A stretch of 64,000 nucleotides of DNA, from contig OZ024741.1 in assembly GCA_964016885.1 (NCBI GenBank), forward strand, positions 122,822,001 to 122,886,000, read 5' to 3'. Shown here in pieces: positions 13,950 through 28,330 of this stretch. Made by a program: the position numbers and the translations under genes. This DNA comes from Eledone cirrhosa (Eukaryota). The notes beneath the pieces are model-generated. The model was not told where the DNA came from. It made no database searches and was given only the letters and a program-made list of their open reading frames with translations. The first letter of the stretch is position 1. Each line of letters opens with the position of its first letter.

Positions 13950-14143
13950 ATACGTCCGTACGAAGCTAAGAAATGTGTGTGCATACTGTACCGATTGTGT
14001 TGTTATTTCTGTTTACCTTTTACATGTCGCCGTATATATATATATATATATATATATATACTGACACAGCTTTAAAAAAGGAGCTGTTGCATAATTGCAA
14101 ACGAATCGAATATTATTATTAATATTCGAAAAACTCACATTAC

Positions 14144-14195
<52 letters not shown>

Positions 14196-14343
14196 GATCA
14201 CAAGTTATCGTTATAGGTTTGAACGTACGGCTTTGTTTGACTCAACAAGATGCTGCCATATTTATGCAGCGAGTTCGCGGTAATTTCTATGCAGGTTATA
14301 CTTATAATAGTTAAAGAATGAAGAGTAAGGGGCTTTATTTAAA

Positions 14344-14454
14344 GTACTGACAATTGTTTCGTTGATCAGGTGAGTCTAGAGTTCGCTAATCGCTTGAAGT
14401 TGCGTCACTCGATCTCCAATACATTATTTACCTCTGGTCAACACATCAGAGTAC
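14344..14454 (-). ncRNA. Type-I hammerhead ribozyme motif with long loop II and altered core (CUGAUGU)
   Basis: Sense GTACT-CTGATGT-GTTGACCAG..CTGATCAAC-GAAAC-AATT-GTC-AGTAC, followed by AATAAA. Confidence 0.7.
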
Positions 14455-15476
14455 GTAGATATAAAAAATAATTCACTCGAGGCAAGACTTATATAGAAGA
14501 ATAGCGTATAATCAAAACAATAACACCAATAATAAAATATATATGGTAAATAGGTAGAGAAGTTACAGATTTAAAAAGCAAAAAGTAAAAGATAAGATAG
14601 GGTGCATTAAAAAAGTAAGAAAATGAGAGATGGAAAATATCAAGAAATAGATAAGGATAAGTGATAGCATGTAATTACATAGATTGTTTGTAGTAGTTTT
14701 GGGTAAGTGTTCTTATAAGGATTCCTTGGTGGGTTTAGTGCTAACATGAAAAACCAGATTCGGGATGTACATAGATACGTGTAGATGGTCCGATGTAGTG
14801 ACAGATAAAAGAAAACAATAAATTAGAGATTAATCGGTGGATACATGTATGGGATTTATGGGCTAGGGATGACAGGACGTTTGACAAGCGCTTGTTCTAA
14901 ATGTTTTGCTGATTGTTCTATCTTAATGGGTTGATGCTGTTTCAGGGAGATAGGGTGAAAGAGATGTTCTGAGATTTATGATCTAGTGACCAGATGGCCG
15001 TTTGACAGCTAATAGCAGTGCGATGGTGTGTATACTATATCTCTCCCTGAAACAGCATCAACCCATTAAGATAGAACAATCAGCAAAACATTGGCAACAA
15101 GCGTTTGTCAAACGTCCCATCATCCCTAGCCCATAAATCCACCAATAGGCACACACAGCAGTAATTTTGCCGACGGGACAGTGGATGAGTGATAGCTCAC
15201 GCCACAATGGTCAGTGGGCTGCTTCCAGTGGTCAGAACTATGATGACGTCCCTAACCAGTGACTAACCCAAGGACGCACACACAGGATGAAGACGGATGA
15301 TATAGACTCGTAGGCTCAGAACCCCAGAAAGAGGATCTGCTCCGAAATCAATAGACGTGTCTGAGGAACCTGCGAATCCAGAGTCAGGTTCGATCCACAC
15401 ACAGGTCGCAGCTCAAGCTGTTCGCCGTGGAAAGAATTGTAAATCGTAATAAATGCATCACTGATTTTTCGTTTTC

Positions 15477-15599
<123 letters not shown>

Positions 15600-15668
15600 A
15601 ATATATATATATAATATATATATATATATAATAATATATAAGGGATCAAGGAATCAGTGTTGCATCTG

Positions 15669-15754
<86 letters not shown>

Positions 15755-15849
15755 TTCAGAGAGAGAGAAAGAGTGGGAGTATAATAAAATAAGATATGGT
15801 TTACAGAAATATATTTTACAAATTTTTTTTTATACAAGATTGTATTTAA

Positions 15850-16400
15850 CTAACATTAAAAATGGGGAAGGGGAAAAGCAAGAAATCTAAAGTCACAGAA
15901 GTAAAGAAGGGGAAGGGGAGAGGCTGATGGGCTCTGGGCCAAGGGTAGGGTGGTGTTGGGGCTGCACCGTGCGGAGAAGACTCCAAAAGCAGTTCCGTGG
16001 ACAATGGGCAGCAACAACCGCTGCAACAGCCAACCCACCTGGCTAGGATCCTCAAAAAGGCTCCTGACGTAACGATGTTGCAGAGGAGCTCGGTAGTACG
16101 GAGTCCAAAGACGCCTGAGATCTCGACGGCGACAGGTACGAAGACGAATCGGCCGGACAATCCCCGGTATTTGTTTCTCTTCCTTTCCTCTGCTTTGTGG
16201 GCCGTATTACCGGGGTTTGTGGCCGAAGAGACTAAGTTGGAAGCATAGAACGTGCCACAACATGTAGCATCACAGATGAGAGATCAACCTCCTTCGAGTG
16301 GAAAATGGTAATTTCTTAGGGGCGCTTGCCGTCTCCGTAGTCGAGGCCGGCTGGCTCCAGTTGCGATGGGAAGCCAGCTGCTTAATAATTCTTTGATTGA
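15850..16400 (-). mobile_element. CRE-type RLE LINE 3' fragment
   Basis: EPAGLDYGDGKRP, ICDATCCGTFYAS, AHKAEERKRNKYRGLSGRFVFVPVAVEISGVFG; frameshifted. Confidence 0.7.
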
Positions 16401-16479
16401 AACACTCTATATAAAGATGCTTGAAGTCTCGATTGTCCTTAACTTTCTCACTAGTGTCCCTCCAACCATCGCTGTATTT

Positions 16480-17160
16480 CATTTTAAGTTCATTTACTTC
16501 AGTTGCAAAAACTCTCTCCCAGATTTTATTTAATCAATATCAAACATATATTCACTAAATTACAATTTCGTTCTATCAGGTTTCGATTTAGCACAATCTA
16601 TCGGAAAATAATTATTCGTGCATTCGTATTCAGACATCAGGGAAACAAGAAGCTGATCATCGATCCAATACTCCTGCAGAACCTTCCACAGCAGGTCATG
16701 TGCAACGCGGTTGTGTGTTTTGTAAGGTCTATAAAGCAATAAAACACTTTTTGGTGACACACCTACCATTTCTCCAAGATTTGCCCCAGTGTGAGAATTT
16801 GGTTGTCCGTTCTGTATCCAGGGTGAAAACCACATTGTTCATCAGTTAACATGGACTCGACAATCTCCATAAAACTCTTTGCCAGACACTTAACAAGTAG
16901 ATCTCTCTATAATTGGAGCAAACACTCTTGTCTCGGTTTTTGAAGGCGCCTTTCCAGAGATCCAGACCACCTGGCACACACCAGTCTGCTAGAGAATGCC
17001 TATTGTTAAGGGTTTCCACATCTCTGGCCGATTCTCATCCTCGCCATCGGCCTTGCCAGATTTGAGCTCTTTAATTGCTCTTGTGACCTCAGTTTCCGAG
17101 AGATTAGTCATCGCTCCCAGATGCACCTTGTGTACATCAGAAGATGTTACGATAGGAATT
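16480..17160 (-). mobile_element. RTE LINE RT fragment (inverted relative to the adjacent 3' piece)
   Basis: EVTRAIKELKSGKADGEDENRPEM; NRVAHDLLWKVLQEY. Confidence 0.75.
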
Positions 17161-17299
17161 AAAATCAGTGCTGCGTAGAGAATGACATGCGTCCTATCAA
17201 AAAAGCCTGTGCAATGCACTCTACGCATGGATGTAGTTCCTCTGAGAAGTTCAAGTATCTCAAGTTCATGTTTGCAAGAGATGGAAGACAGGAGGCTGA

Positions 17300-17772
17300 A
17301 CATGCATTGGTTTCAGAATTCGGTAATCAGAAGTGTAAAAGCTAAATTCGCTATCTTCAGTTCGGTAATCATGCCAACCCCTACCCATGGTTATGAATCT
17401 TGAGTAATGATCGAAATAATATGATCACGAATACAAGCGGCCCAAATGGGATTCCGCAGAAGGAGATCAGATAGTTGGGCCAAGTAGATCAGCTAGTTCT
17501 CCGAATTGAGAGATCACAAATCCGATATTACGGGCATTTGATCAGAATGTCTCAGTATAAAATCGCTGGACATATTTTAGGGACAAGAAACCTAGGTGTT
17601 GTCCCCGAGCAAGATGGTTGGATAAAACCCATGAGCTTAGCTGGTCTTGGGTGGGGATGAGTCACATCATTTGGAGGTGGTTTCTTCTGACGGGACTCGC
17701 TTGAAGCAGTGTTTCAGGTCTCTGCTCCATGACCCTCACAGGAATAAGTGGGCAATAAAGAAGACGAAGAAG
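17300..17772 (+). mobile_element. RTE LINE 3' end with (AAG)n-like tail
   Basis: KAKFAIFSSVIMPTPTHGYES, RIERSQIRYYGHLIRM; tail aagaagacgaagaag. Confidence 0.7.
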
Positions 17773-18053
17773 TTCTATCTGTGTATTTATCTGTGTATCT
17801 ATCTGGCCCTGTCTTTCCTTCACTCTCTATCTATCTACCTATGTAGCTATCTATGTTGATGAGGTCCTCAAACGTTTTGGGGATAGAAGAGTGCTATTGG
17901 GATTTCTGTTTTATTGTTGTCCCTGTCGAAATATAGCTACATTCGTATATATACATGCATTTATTAATATGTATTGATAGTTAGACAGATGGAGAGACGG
18001 TTGTCAAACAGATAGAGAACATATAAGTAGCCATGCCATTAGGCTGGTTGGTA

Positions 18054-18098
<45 letters not shown>

Positions 18099-18631
18099 TG
18101 GTAGGTAGACTGTTAGGCAGATAGATATATAGCTGTGTAGATAGATATATAGGTGTGTAGAAAGATAGATGTACATTTATTGTGCGAACATAGGCGTCTG
18201 TAGATAGCTGGCTATCGGGTGAGAAAGATAGAGGGTTAGAGAGGAAGATATAAAATTACCATTTCTCAAACGAATCTAGCAAAAAATGGCTGTCATATAT
18301 ACATACATACCCCCCCCCCATATATATATATATGGTGTTACAGCAGTGGCGTCATTCCATGATGCATGTTAGATATGTTGGTTGAATCCTCGAATAATCT
18401 AGTAGTGTTACTAAATAAAGTCTTATTGGTCAAGGCCAACAGTGTCTCATCTACGTTTCCAAGAAGATTCCCTAATCTTCTTAATCAGGTCTCTGCTACT
18501 GTTCTGAGTCGGCTTAAATCATGCTTGTGTGTTCTCCATTCCTATTTACACCATAGTGGTTATAATGTTTTATGTCACGAGGTGTAACACAAGTCCAGAA
18601 TATTGTAATCTTTTTCTTGATATTATTCCTT

Positions 18632-18760
18632 CCCTTACGATCTGAGTTCAAATCCCGCCGAGGTTGACTTTGCCTTTCATCCTTACGGGGTCGATAAAAT
18701 AAAGTACCAGTAATGCACTGGGTAATTGCTGGCCTTGTGCCTAAAGTAGAAACAATTATT
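18632..18760 (+). mobile_element. SINE family A
   Basis: B-box gagttcaaatccc, then family-A body to gtagaaacaattatt. Confidence 0.85.
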
Positions 18761-18842
18761 CCTTCCCTTCACTTTGTTTCCTCGTTCTGTCATTTACATT
18801 TTGACTTATTCTCTCCCTCATTCTCTCAATCTCTCTCTCCTC

Positions 18843-18886
<44 letters not shown>

Positions 18887-18983
18887 CCATACACACACAC
18901 ACACATCTAATTTTAATGATTAGGTAATGTCATTATTGGACTGAGTTGCCCAGTCATTAGGTGTGCCTGTGCATGGATATATG

Positions 18984-19048
<65 letters not shown>

Positions 19049-19329
19049 ATGAAACAACAACCCAACCAGGAACTGGGCATATCAGAGTATTGACAAAGTT
19101 AAACACCTCAACGACATGTGTACTCGTCTATGCCCTAAGAGGTCACAACCAAAGATGGCTGTCACCGAAATATATATACCAGTAAGAAACGAAGCCACAT
19201 TTTAAACATTTTACTTATTTATTTTATTTTATTTTACATTACTCCGGAGTAACCAAGCCAACCTGCGCACTTCGTCGAGTGCTCCAATCTGCATACTAGG
19301 TGTTGGTATACAACCAACATATACTCAAA

Positions 19330-19411
<82 letters not shown>

Positions 19412-19415
<4 letters not shown>

Positions 19416-19523
19416 ATGTATGACCCCGACGGCAGAGCTCAAGCCGTTTCGACGGCTATTTCTGGACCAGATATAGCGCCGTCGAAACGGCTTTGAGCTC
19501 TGCCGTCGGGGTCATACATTTTC
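19412..19523. repeat. Palindrome containing the 3' half of a hammerhead motif
   Basis: Arms gaaaatgtatgaccccgacggcagagctcaagccgtttcgacggc / gccgtcgaaacggctttgagctctgccgtcggggtcatacattttc. Confidence 0.9.
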
Positions 19524-19539
19524 CTATTATCCACTCTAT

Positions 19540-20195
19540 AGTATAGTATTACTGTTGAAAATATATAATACAGTATAGTATGACTGTTGAATACACATAG
19601 AATAGCATAATATTACTATTGAATATATATAATATAGTATAGTATGACTGTTGAATACACATAGAATAGTATAATATTACTATTGAATATATATAATATA
19701 GTATAGTATGACTGTTGAATACACATAGAATAGTATAATATTACTATTGAATATATATAATATAGTATAGTATGACTGTTGAATACACATAGAATAGTAT
19801 AATATTACTATTGAATATATATAATATAGTATAGTATGACTGTTGAATACACATAGAATAGTATAATATTACTATTGAATATATATAATATAGTATAGTA
19901 TGACTGTTGAATACACATAGAATAGTATAATATTACTATTGAATATATATAATATAGTATAGTATGACTGTTGAATACACATAGAATAGTATAATATTAC
20001 TATTGAATATATATAATATAGTATAGTATGATTGTTGAATACACATAGAATAGTATAATATTACTATTGAATATATATAATATAGTATAGTATGACTGTT
20101 GAATACATATAATATAGTATAGAATTACTGTTGAAAATATATAGAATAGTATAGGATTACTGTTTAAAATATATAGTATAGTATCACTGTTGAAA
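19540..20195. repeat. 64-bp minisatellite built from two ~32-bp subunits, roughly 9-10 units
   Basis: Unit gaatatatataatatagtatagtatgactgttgaatacacatagaatagtataatattactatt recurs at 19621, 19685, etc. Confidence 0.93.
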
Positions 20196-20556
20196 ATATG
20201 TACACGAATATATAATTATATATATATATATATATATACATAATTAATTAAAAGTTGGTTAGAAGCGAAGTCAATGCAGACAGACATACAGACAGATATT
20301 ATAAGCGCGCGATGTTATAGCTATGTATCTATCTAAAAAGACAGAGTAATACAGAGAGAGGAATGTCGTATTATATATAATAAAGTACCAGTAATGTACT
20401 GAGATATTTGCTGGCCTTGTGGCAAAAGTAGAAACAATTCTACTTCTTTTTTTTTATACAACTGTAAATATCATGTTTATGTATGTATATATATACGTAT
20501 AAAGGAATGGTGTAATAAAATGTACAAATTAAACTGTCTCTTATTTATGATACTAA

Positions 20557-20656
<100 letters not shown>

Positions 20657-20995
20657 TATATATATATACATAGATATACATATACACAGATAACGACGTG
20701 AATGTACAAAATGGTTTTGATAATGCAAACAGCCAGTCATACAGAGACATATTATAAGGGCTCGACATTATAGCTATGTATCTATCTAAAAAAAAGACTA
20801 AGAAATAGAGAGGAATGTCGCATAACCGGAAGTGTTGACATTTGAAAATTTTAAAGAAGTGAATATTTAAATAATATCTTTAATCTTCTAACAAAATTTA
20901 CTAGACATAAATGCGCTCACTTTCTTACTTGGAAAAAGTTATATCTATGGTGCAAATTTAGTACCATTTGGTTCAGCCGTTTGGATGACCGTCAG

Positions 20996-21111
<116 letters not shown>

Positions 21112-21187
21112 CGAAGGAAATGTCGTAAGGAACCAGGTGGACCATAACGCACCAAAGTACTCAATACCTAGAGTAGTAGAGTGGGTA

Positions 21188-21298
21188 ATAGGAACGAGTA
21201 GGACCCCGACGGCTGAGCTCAAGCCGTTTCGACGGCTAATTCAGTCCAGAATTAGCCGTCGAAACGGCTTGAGCTCAGCCGTCGGGGTCCTACTCGTT

Positions 21299-21303
<5 letters not shown>
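21188..21303. repeat. Palindrome of the same family as 19412-19523, opposite orientation
   Basis: Perfect arms around a 6-nt loop (agtcca, 21243-21248). Confidence 0.92.
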
Positions 21304-21338
<35 letters not shown>

Positions 21339-21536
21339 CTCTCCCGTGGCACGGCCTCTTACTAAAGCCACCTAATTTTGACCGCACTAAACAGTTGTCT
21401 TATTTGTTGCCCCACAACCTGTCGCTATCAACTAGTATTGGGTATATACACTACTCCATCAAACCACCATAGCACTTAGAGAAATTAATCTTCATTCCTC
21501 TCACTATCCGCATCCATTCTTCTCCATCTTCTTCTG

Positions 21537-21700
21537 CCAGTATCTGAGGAGCGTCAGAAACTCTGTATTGCAACATAGAGTTATAAGTTCAAATCTCGCC
21601 GAGGTTAGCTTTGCCTTTCATCCTTACGGGCTCAATAAATAAAGCACCAGTAATGCACTAAGGTAATTGCTGGCCTTGTGCCAAAAGGAGAAACAATAAT
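21537..21700 (+). mobile_element. SINE family A (diverged)
   Basis: aagttcaaatctcgccgaggttagctttgcctttcatccttacggg..ggccttgtgccaaaaggagaaacaat. Confidence 0.8.
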
Positions 21701-22056
21701 TATTATTTTTATCATCCATATTTCAGATACACTACACGCTTCTGCCTATTTATATATTTATACCTTTGTGCATATATATATATATATCTAGCCCCCCCCC
21801 CTCCCCAAAAAAATTCAGTTTAGTGTTTCTGAGGATGACGGCCGATTGAACAGGGATTTCGAGACTAGAAATGGGTAGTAAGTTAACCACTACCAGGCGA
21901 GTCGGTACATCGACTCCAGCGATCAATCGAGCCTCTGAAACGATCTTATAACAATGAATTGCCTATCTACCTACATCTGACTTAAGTTTTTTTTTTCTAC
22001 GCACACACACACACAGACACAGGCATACACCCAGACACACACACGCACGCAAACAC

Positions 22057-22109
<53 letters not shown>

Positions 22110-22259
22110 CATATATAGGGATTGTAACTTCCAGTTACTGTAGGTTCACCAGAGTGAGCACTAGATGCGTAGTTTCCAGTAAGTAAAGAGGTGTAGAAGA
22201 AAGCAGAGTGTCATAATAATAAAAAGGACGATATGTTATGTCTGAATTACGTTTATTGA

Positions 22260-22327
22260 GTAGTGACGCGCGTTCCGCTATCGATCAGCTCAAGCTTCGA
22301 TCGTATCGATCTAGCTCGTCGGACCAC
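22260..22327 (-). ncRNA. Degenerate type-I hammerhead motif
   Basis: Sense GTGGT-CCGACGA-GCTA..TAGC-GGAAC-GCGC-GTC-ACTAC, then AATAAA; two core substitutions. Confidence 0.6.
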
Positions 22328-22756
22328 TGTAGTGTTAATCACAGAATAAACCTCTTAGGGCTTAGAGAAAGTATATAATGATTCACATTAATTTATGGTG
22401 GTGAGTAAAAGTCCGTTCTGATTAGTGGTTTTGCTAGAAGGAATGTTTTCCTATGTGTGATAGTTGTGGGGAGGATTGTAATGAAGAAATGGTGGTGGGA
22501 AGCGATGGTTGGTGTGAGTTGTGGGGATGTGGTGTCTTGACTGTTTCGTACATATTATGGCATTTATGTGATGAAGCGTGGGTGCTGGGTGAGATTGTAG
22601 CAGTTTTCATGGGCGATTAGTGATTGGGAGATGAAAGAGTGTGGTGCTGTACGAAAAGATGTGGGTTCTGTTAGTTAGAGGTCTGTTAGAGAAGAATTAA
22701 AATAACTATAAATAAGAGTAAATTAAACCTAAATTAATAAGAATACCATGAGGGTG

Positions 22757-22855
22757 AAGGCGCATGGCTGAGTGGTTAGAGAATTGGTTGTGAGTTCGAT
22801 TCCTGTACCGGGCGATGCGTTATGTCCTTGAGCAAGACATTTTATTTCACCTTCC
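22757..22855 (+). mobile_element. SINE family B 5' part
   Basis: A-box tggctgagtgg, B-box gagttcgattcc, then atgtccttgagcaagac. Confidence 0.8.
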
Positions 22856-23899
22856 TCATTCTAGAGGGAGTTGTGACTGATAGTATTAGCAATTGGAAAG
22901 ACGAACGGAAACATTCTTTCGTCGGTCCGATTTGACGAAAAGTCGATCGACTGTCGATACCATGAGGAATAGGTGATTATGATAATGTAGTGAGTGGAGG
23001 ATCTATGTTTTCTGTGGTGGGTTTATTATATAAACGATATCTATTAAAAGGGTCTGTGGTACAAGAAAAACATGTGATTTAGGACTGGCTAGTGTGTGAA
23101 ATGAATATAAATAGATGAATAAATAAATATATATGGGCTAACCTATACGCACATACACACACCCACACTCATTTACAGATTATACGTAACCACATACATA
23201 CACCCATGCCTATATACATACACATATGTGTATCTGTGTATATACACATACTCAGATATATATGTGCTCATAGGCCCAGACACATACAATCATACACTTT
23301 TGCCTATGTGTACCCGGGGACATACACACGCAAGTGTATATGTACTAGTAATACGCCTAAATAGATATCCTACAGGAATATATGGTGGTATAAAGACATT
23401 TATTTGGATATCTATAAGAAGGGTGAAAATGTTAATGCGGAGTGATATGGTTAGTAAGACGAGAGATCTTAATCGTAATAGGAAATAATTGTAATTGTAA
23501 TAATAATTGTTTCTACTTTAGGCACAAGGCCAGCAAATACCTAGTACATTACTGGTAGTTTATTTTATCGGACGATAAAATTGATGATACAATGAAAGTA
23601 ATGATAATGATTGTGGTAATTAATAGGATGCTGGTAATGTATGTGAGTGACTGGTGTGTGCGGTGCGTGTTCAGGTGGGTGAAAGTGGTTAATACATGGT
23701 GATATGTTTAATAATGAGGGACATGATAAACATTATAATATTAAAAAGAATAACAATAGTAATAAATGTAACAGTGATAATGAGGACGATAATAAAGTGG
23801 ATGAGACATGATCATAATTATGGTTAATTAATAGGATGTCGTGTGTGTGCATAGTGATGTGTGTGTTCAGGTGGTAAAGTTCGGTTCTGTCCGTGGTTT

Positions 23900-24235
23900 A
23901 TGTTCAAATACCAGGACGGAGAATGTTTTTTTTGCGTGTCGGCAGTTTACGAAAAATACGGATTTAAAATCAATAACTGATTTTAATTTGATGATCTCTG
24001 CCGATTCCGCCAGATACAACCTGCAGTGGCTTCCTCCGGTGGAATGTTGGGCCACGCGTCTCCTTACTGACCATCTGATCTGGTATTTCAGGTTTCTATC
24101 CTTAAGGTCTAAGATGAAGTCTGCCAGTCTGGTTTGGGAACGCTTATGTCTGTGGTTGAAGGAGCTTCTGTGGTTGTACAGTCGCTCCTTAAAGGTTGTT
24201 TAGGTTCCCTCTATATACGCGTATTCTTTATGCCC
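23900..24235 (-). pseudogene. Naiad-type Penelope-like GIY-YIG endonuclease fragment (5'-truncated at a (TG)n tract)
   Basis: Minus strand reads YAYIEGT*TTFKERLYNHRSSF..TRLADFI..YQIRWSV..HCRLYLAE..NCRH, colinear with the endonuclease at 45591-46020. Confidence 0.72.
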
Positions 24236-24262
24236 AGCCACACACCCACACACACCCACACA

Positions 24263-24391
<129 letters not shown>

Positions 24392-26005
24392 TAATGAGGT
24401 AGAGATTCTACTGCGAGTTCGAGCGTTGCAGGCTGCAATCACTTGAAATCATGGTCGAATATATATCTCATTAATATACCCACTCTGCATCCATCCATGC
24501 ATCAAATACTACTCTGATTTGTGGTGTCCTCAGTTATGAACATCTTCCATCTTAACTTTTTGTAAGAAATGTTGTTAAGTTACAATCTAAATACACCTTA
24601 ATAATCAGTCATTTAGTTATAATACTAAACCATCTCCAAATTCCTGAATACTTTCAAACTTTTTGGAATCGATGGAATTTATGTTTATATTTATCTGATA
24701 GCTTTCCACTTTATATAAGAGAATTTATCGTTCAAATACCAGCTTGATAATACTAATTTCTAATTTAGTTACAAAACAAACGATTTGTGGGATAGAAAAA
24801 TCGTTTATATCGACTCGAGTATTTGTGAGTATTTTATTTTATTGACCCCACGAAGGCAAAGTTGACACCGGTGGCATTCGAACGCAGAGTGTAAAAAGCA
24901 AGAACAAATCACAATAGCATTTTATCCGACGTTTTAACAATTTTACCAAATTGTTGGTAATTTGCAAAATTAAAAGATTAATTGAAAATCATAGACAGCG
25001 TATATAATTATAAATATGGTAACCCCTGTGTGAAAACCATCATTCGCAGTCAATCAAGTGCCGTTAGCAGAGTCCATGTCTATACAAGCTTTCGAAGTCG
25101 GTCTCCCATTAAGAATAAGGATTTCTGTCAATCCCATCAATCTCGGTATCCTTTTACTCCACAGCTTCACCACTGCACAGTAAAGAATATATGTTATATT
25201 TCCCCCCACTTCACGCTTCTTACTTATACCATCATTCATTCACTAATCCATTCAGGGTTCAATACGTCTCACATTTTTATTTTCCTTCAATTGCTTATCT
25301 TATTTCTTATTTCCTAATTCATTCGCACTCTCTCAAATTTATTCTCTGGATACAGGCAAACATATAACACACACACATACACAAATGTATGTGTGTGTAT
25401 GTGCGTATATGTGTGTGGGTGTGTGAGTGAATGTATACGCATGTATATTTATAAATAGACGTAGACACACATGCAAACATAGACATATAGATTATGAGGC
25501 AACATATAGATAGAGAAATGGAGAAAGAGTGTGAACTAAAGTATAGTGACTGTGTGTGGTAGCTGATACATAAATTTATTTGACGAAAGATATACATGCA
25601 TACGTCCCATCAATATATACACATCCCGACCACATGTATGTACAACCAAATTTCTACATACAGACAAACTTGATCACGCGATCACTACTAAAATTACCAC
25701 AAATAACATACAGTAAACAGATGTTGCCTCATAATCTAAAAGAGTTTTAATGTTGAACTCCCGTCGAGAGTTCATGCAGGCTTCCAGACTGAACGATCGT
25801 GATTATGACATCCACTTCAAGCAAAGTATATACTATATTGTACTGTCAGACCTCATCACCTAACCATAAATGTCATGCAGATATGAAGCTAGATATCCAT
25901 ATATCATCTATCTATCTACCCATGTAAATTGCTATATTCCCCCCTCTCTCTCTCACTATATCTATGTTTCTATCTATCTATCAATCTTCTTCACTCTCTC
26001 AATTC

Positions 26006-26179
<174 letters not shown>

Positions 26180-27509
26180 ATATGCATATCTCTCTCTATA
26201 TATATATGTGTGTGTGTTTATGTGTCTCTATGTGAGACACTAATCATTGTCTGATGAATATTAGAAATAAATGTAATTAATTAAACAAGGAATGTTAGAG
26301 ATGCATACAACACTGTTTTTATCTCTCTCTATTTACACACGCACGCACACGCACACACACACACACATACACACATATATATATATATATATAAGAAAGT
26401 AATTTTTTTTTTAGTATGCAGTATTGGTAAAAATAAAAGTAAAAGAAGATGAAAATACAAAATTTATTTACATTTATTTACAATAATTTCAAGGGTTTCT
26501 CATTTCTATGGTTTTCAAACGTTAAGTGAGATATAGAAATGTGTGGCTATGAAATAATGACGTGTCATTGCTACCTTCTAATGGGGCAAAATGTAGTAGC
26601 CAGAACAATGACGAATGCTGAGCAGAAGACGAAAATAACAACGGTTAGAGAGAAATATGTTCAGACAGATGGCTGAAATAAATATAAAAATAACCTTAAA
26701 ATAAAATTACGATACAATAAAAAAAAAACCCACTTGGTATTATTGATTGGGATCACACATTAGCAGCATTCCCAATTGTGGAAATAAGTTGACCACTGGA
26801 TGTTAATGTAGTAAGGAAAGTACAAGGCGGACCATTGAGGAATAGTTTGCAGAATGAGCACTTATTGTTATTGGAGCTATATTTTGACCAAAGTATGATT
26901 GAAGTTAAATTTGTGGTGAAACAACGCAGCTCCTTTATTCATGTGATGTAAATGGCATTGATCTCTGGAACCGTCAACATCTGTAAAACATTATTAGGAT
27001 TCGAAAGATGAACAATTGCAAAAAGGACGATGGAAATTTCCTTCTCTTAGCAACACTGCGGCATGTCAGAAAGAATCTCAAAATTAAGACAGACATCATA
27101 CATGCACGCGTACATATATTATACATACATAAATATGTACGTACATACATACACACACACATACGTGTATGCATACATACATACATAACATATGATGAGG
27201 AGTTTTCAGATCCAATATCCAAGATACACCTTCAGGTTTATACACATTATTTCTGGAGCTACAGGATATATACCAGGCCGCTTGTACCAAAGTATGACTG
27301 CACTTGGATTTGTGGTCAAAGAGCGCAGCGCCCTAATCATAGACGACAAATGGCCGCGATATCTGGCACCTTCAAAATTTGAAAAATATACTTGTGGTTC
27401 AAGGGATGGCAATTTTTCCTCCATTACAACCTTGCCACCAGTCGCCTGTCAAAAATGTACTCGAAATTAAGAGAAAGAGAAAGATACATACCTATATACA
27501 TATATACAT

Positions 27510-27786
27510 GATGATGGCTCGTTATCGAGTATGGCCATTGCACGATATACCATTATTAATAATTATTAATTAATTCTATTGTGCAATGCTTGTGGGTGAA
27601 GAAAGTTTTTAAAGTGAGGAAAAACTGTGCACTGAGCCAATCCCATTCTCTGTGCGACAGTAGATATAACCCGAAAAGAAGAAAAGATCAATATCATCGG
27701 TAACTACTGAACCGCAGGTTTTATATCGGAGTTATCCCAGTTTTCTGAGTTGCCTTCTCCTAGAAGAAAGCCTTAACAAAGGCTAC
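27510..27786 (-). mobile_element. 3' half of a non-coding RTE-related repeat flanked by (ATGT)n
   Basis: Reverse complement of 30461-30740. Confidence 0.75.
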
Positions 27787-27818
27787 ATAGATACATACAT
27801 ACATACATGCTTGTATGC

Positions 27819-27851
<33 letters not shown>

Positions 27852-27924
27852 TGTATGTATGTATGTATGTATGTATGTATGTATGTATGTATGTATGTAT
27901 GTATGTATGTATGTATGTATCTTG

Positions 27925-28330
27925 TGTCATGTCACCAGTTGGTGCTACTGGTAACATGTATCCCAGTACAACCTGTTTCATGGTCGGGTCGTTGGCGACT
28001 AAACTGGCAACCCCACCACGGTTTCTTGGTAAGGAGGGTGGCTTTGGACATCCTGCAGGACTAAAAACAAAACCTGTCAAAGGGCAAAGGAGCTCTTAAG
28101 AGTCAATGGCCATCCAAAATCACCGGGAGAGATGACCCCTTAGCCTTTGTCAAGGCAGAATTCTATGAGAAGGATAACTCTGATATAACACCTGCAACCC
28201 TGATGGTATCCAATGATGTTGACTTGTTCTTCTTTTTGGTAAATATCATCTTGGTTAAGAGAGTGGGACTGGCTTTGTGCAGTGCCTTTGCTCACTATAA
28301 AAGCTTCACGGCACAGGCATTGCTTTATAT
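27925..28330 (+). mobile_element. 5' part of the same non-coding RTE-related repeat
   Basis: Colinear with 30111-30660; contains RTE 5'UTR-like gagaaggataactctgatataacacc; begins after (TATG)n. Confidence 0.65.

Noticed and set aside
19540-20195. CRISPR-like regular repeat
   Set aside because: Units are contiguous with no unique spacers, there are no cas genes, and the context is eukaryotic; it is a minisatellite.
22757-22810. tRNA gene
   Set aside because: A and B boxes are present but there is no cloverleaf; it continues into a SINE body.
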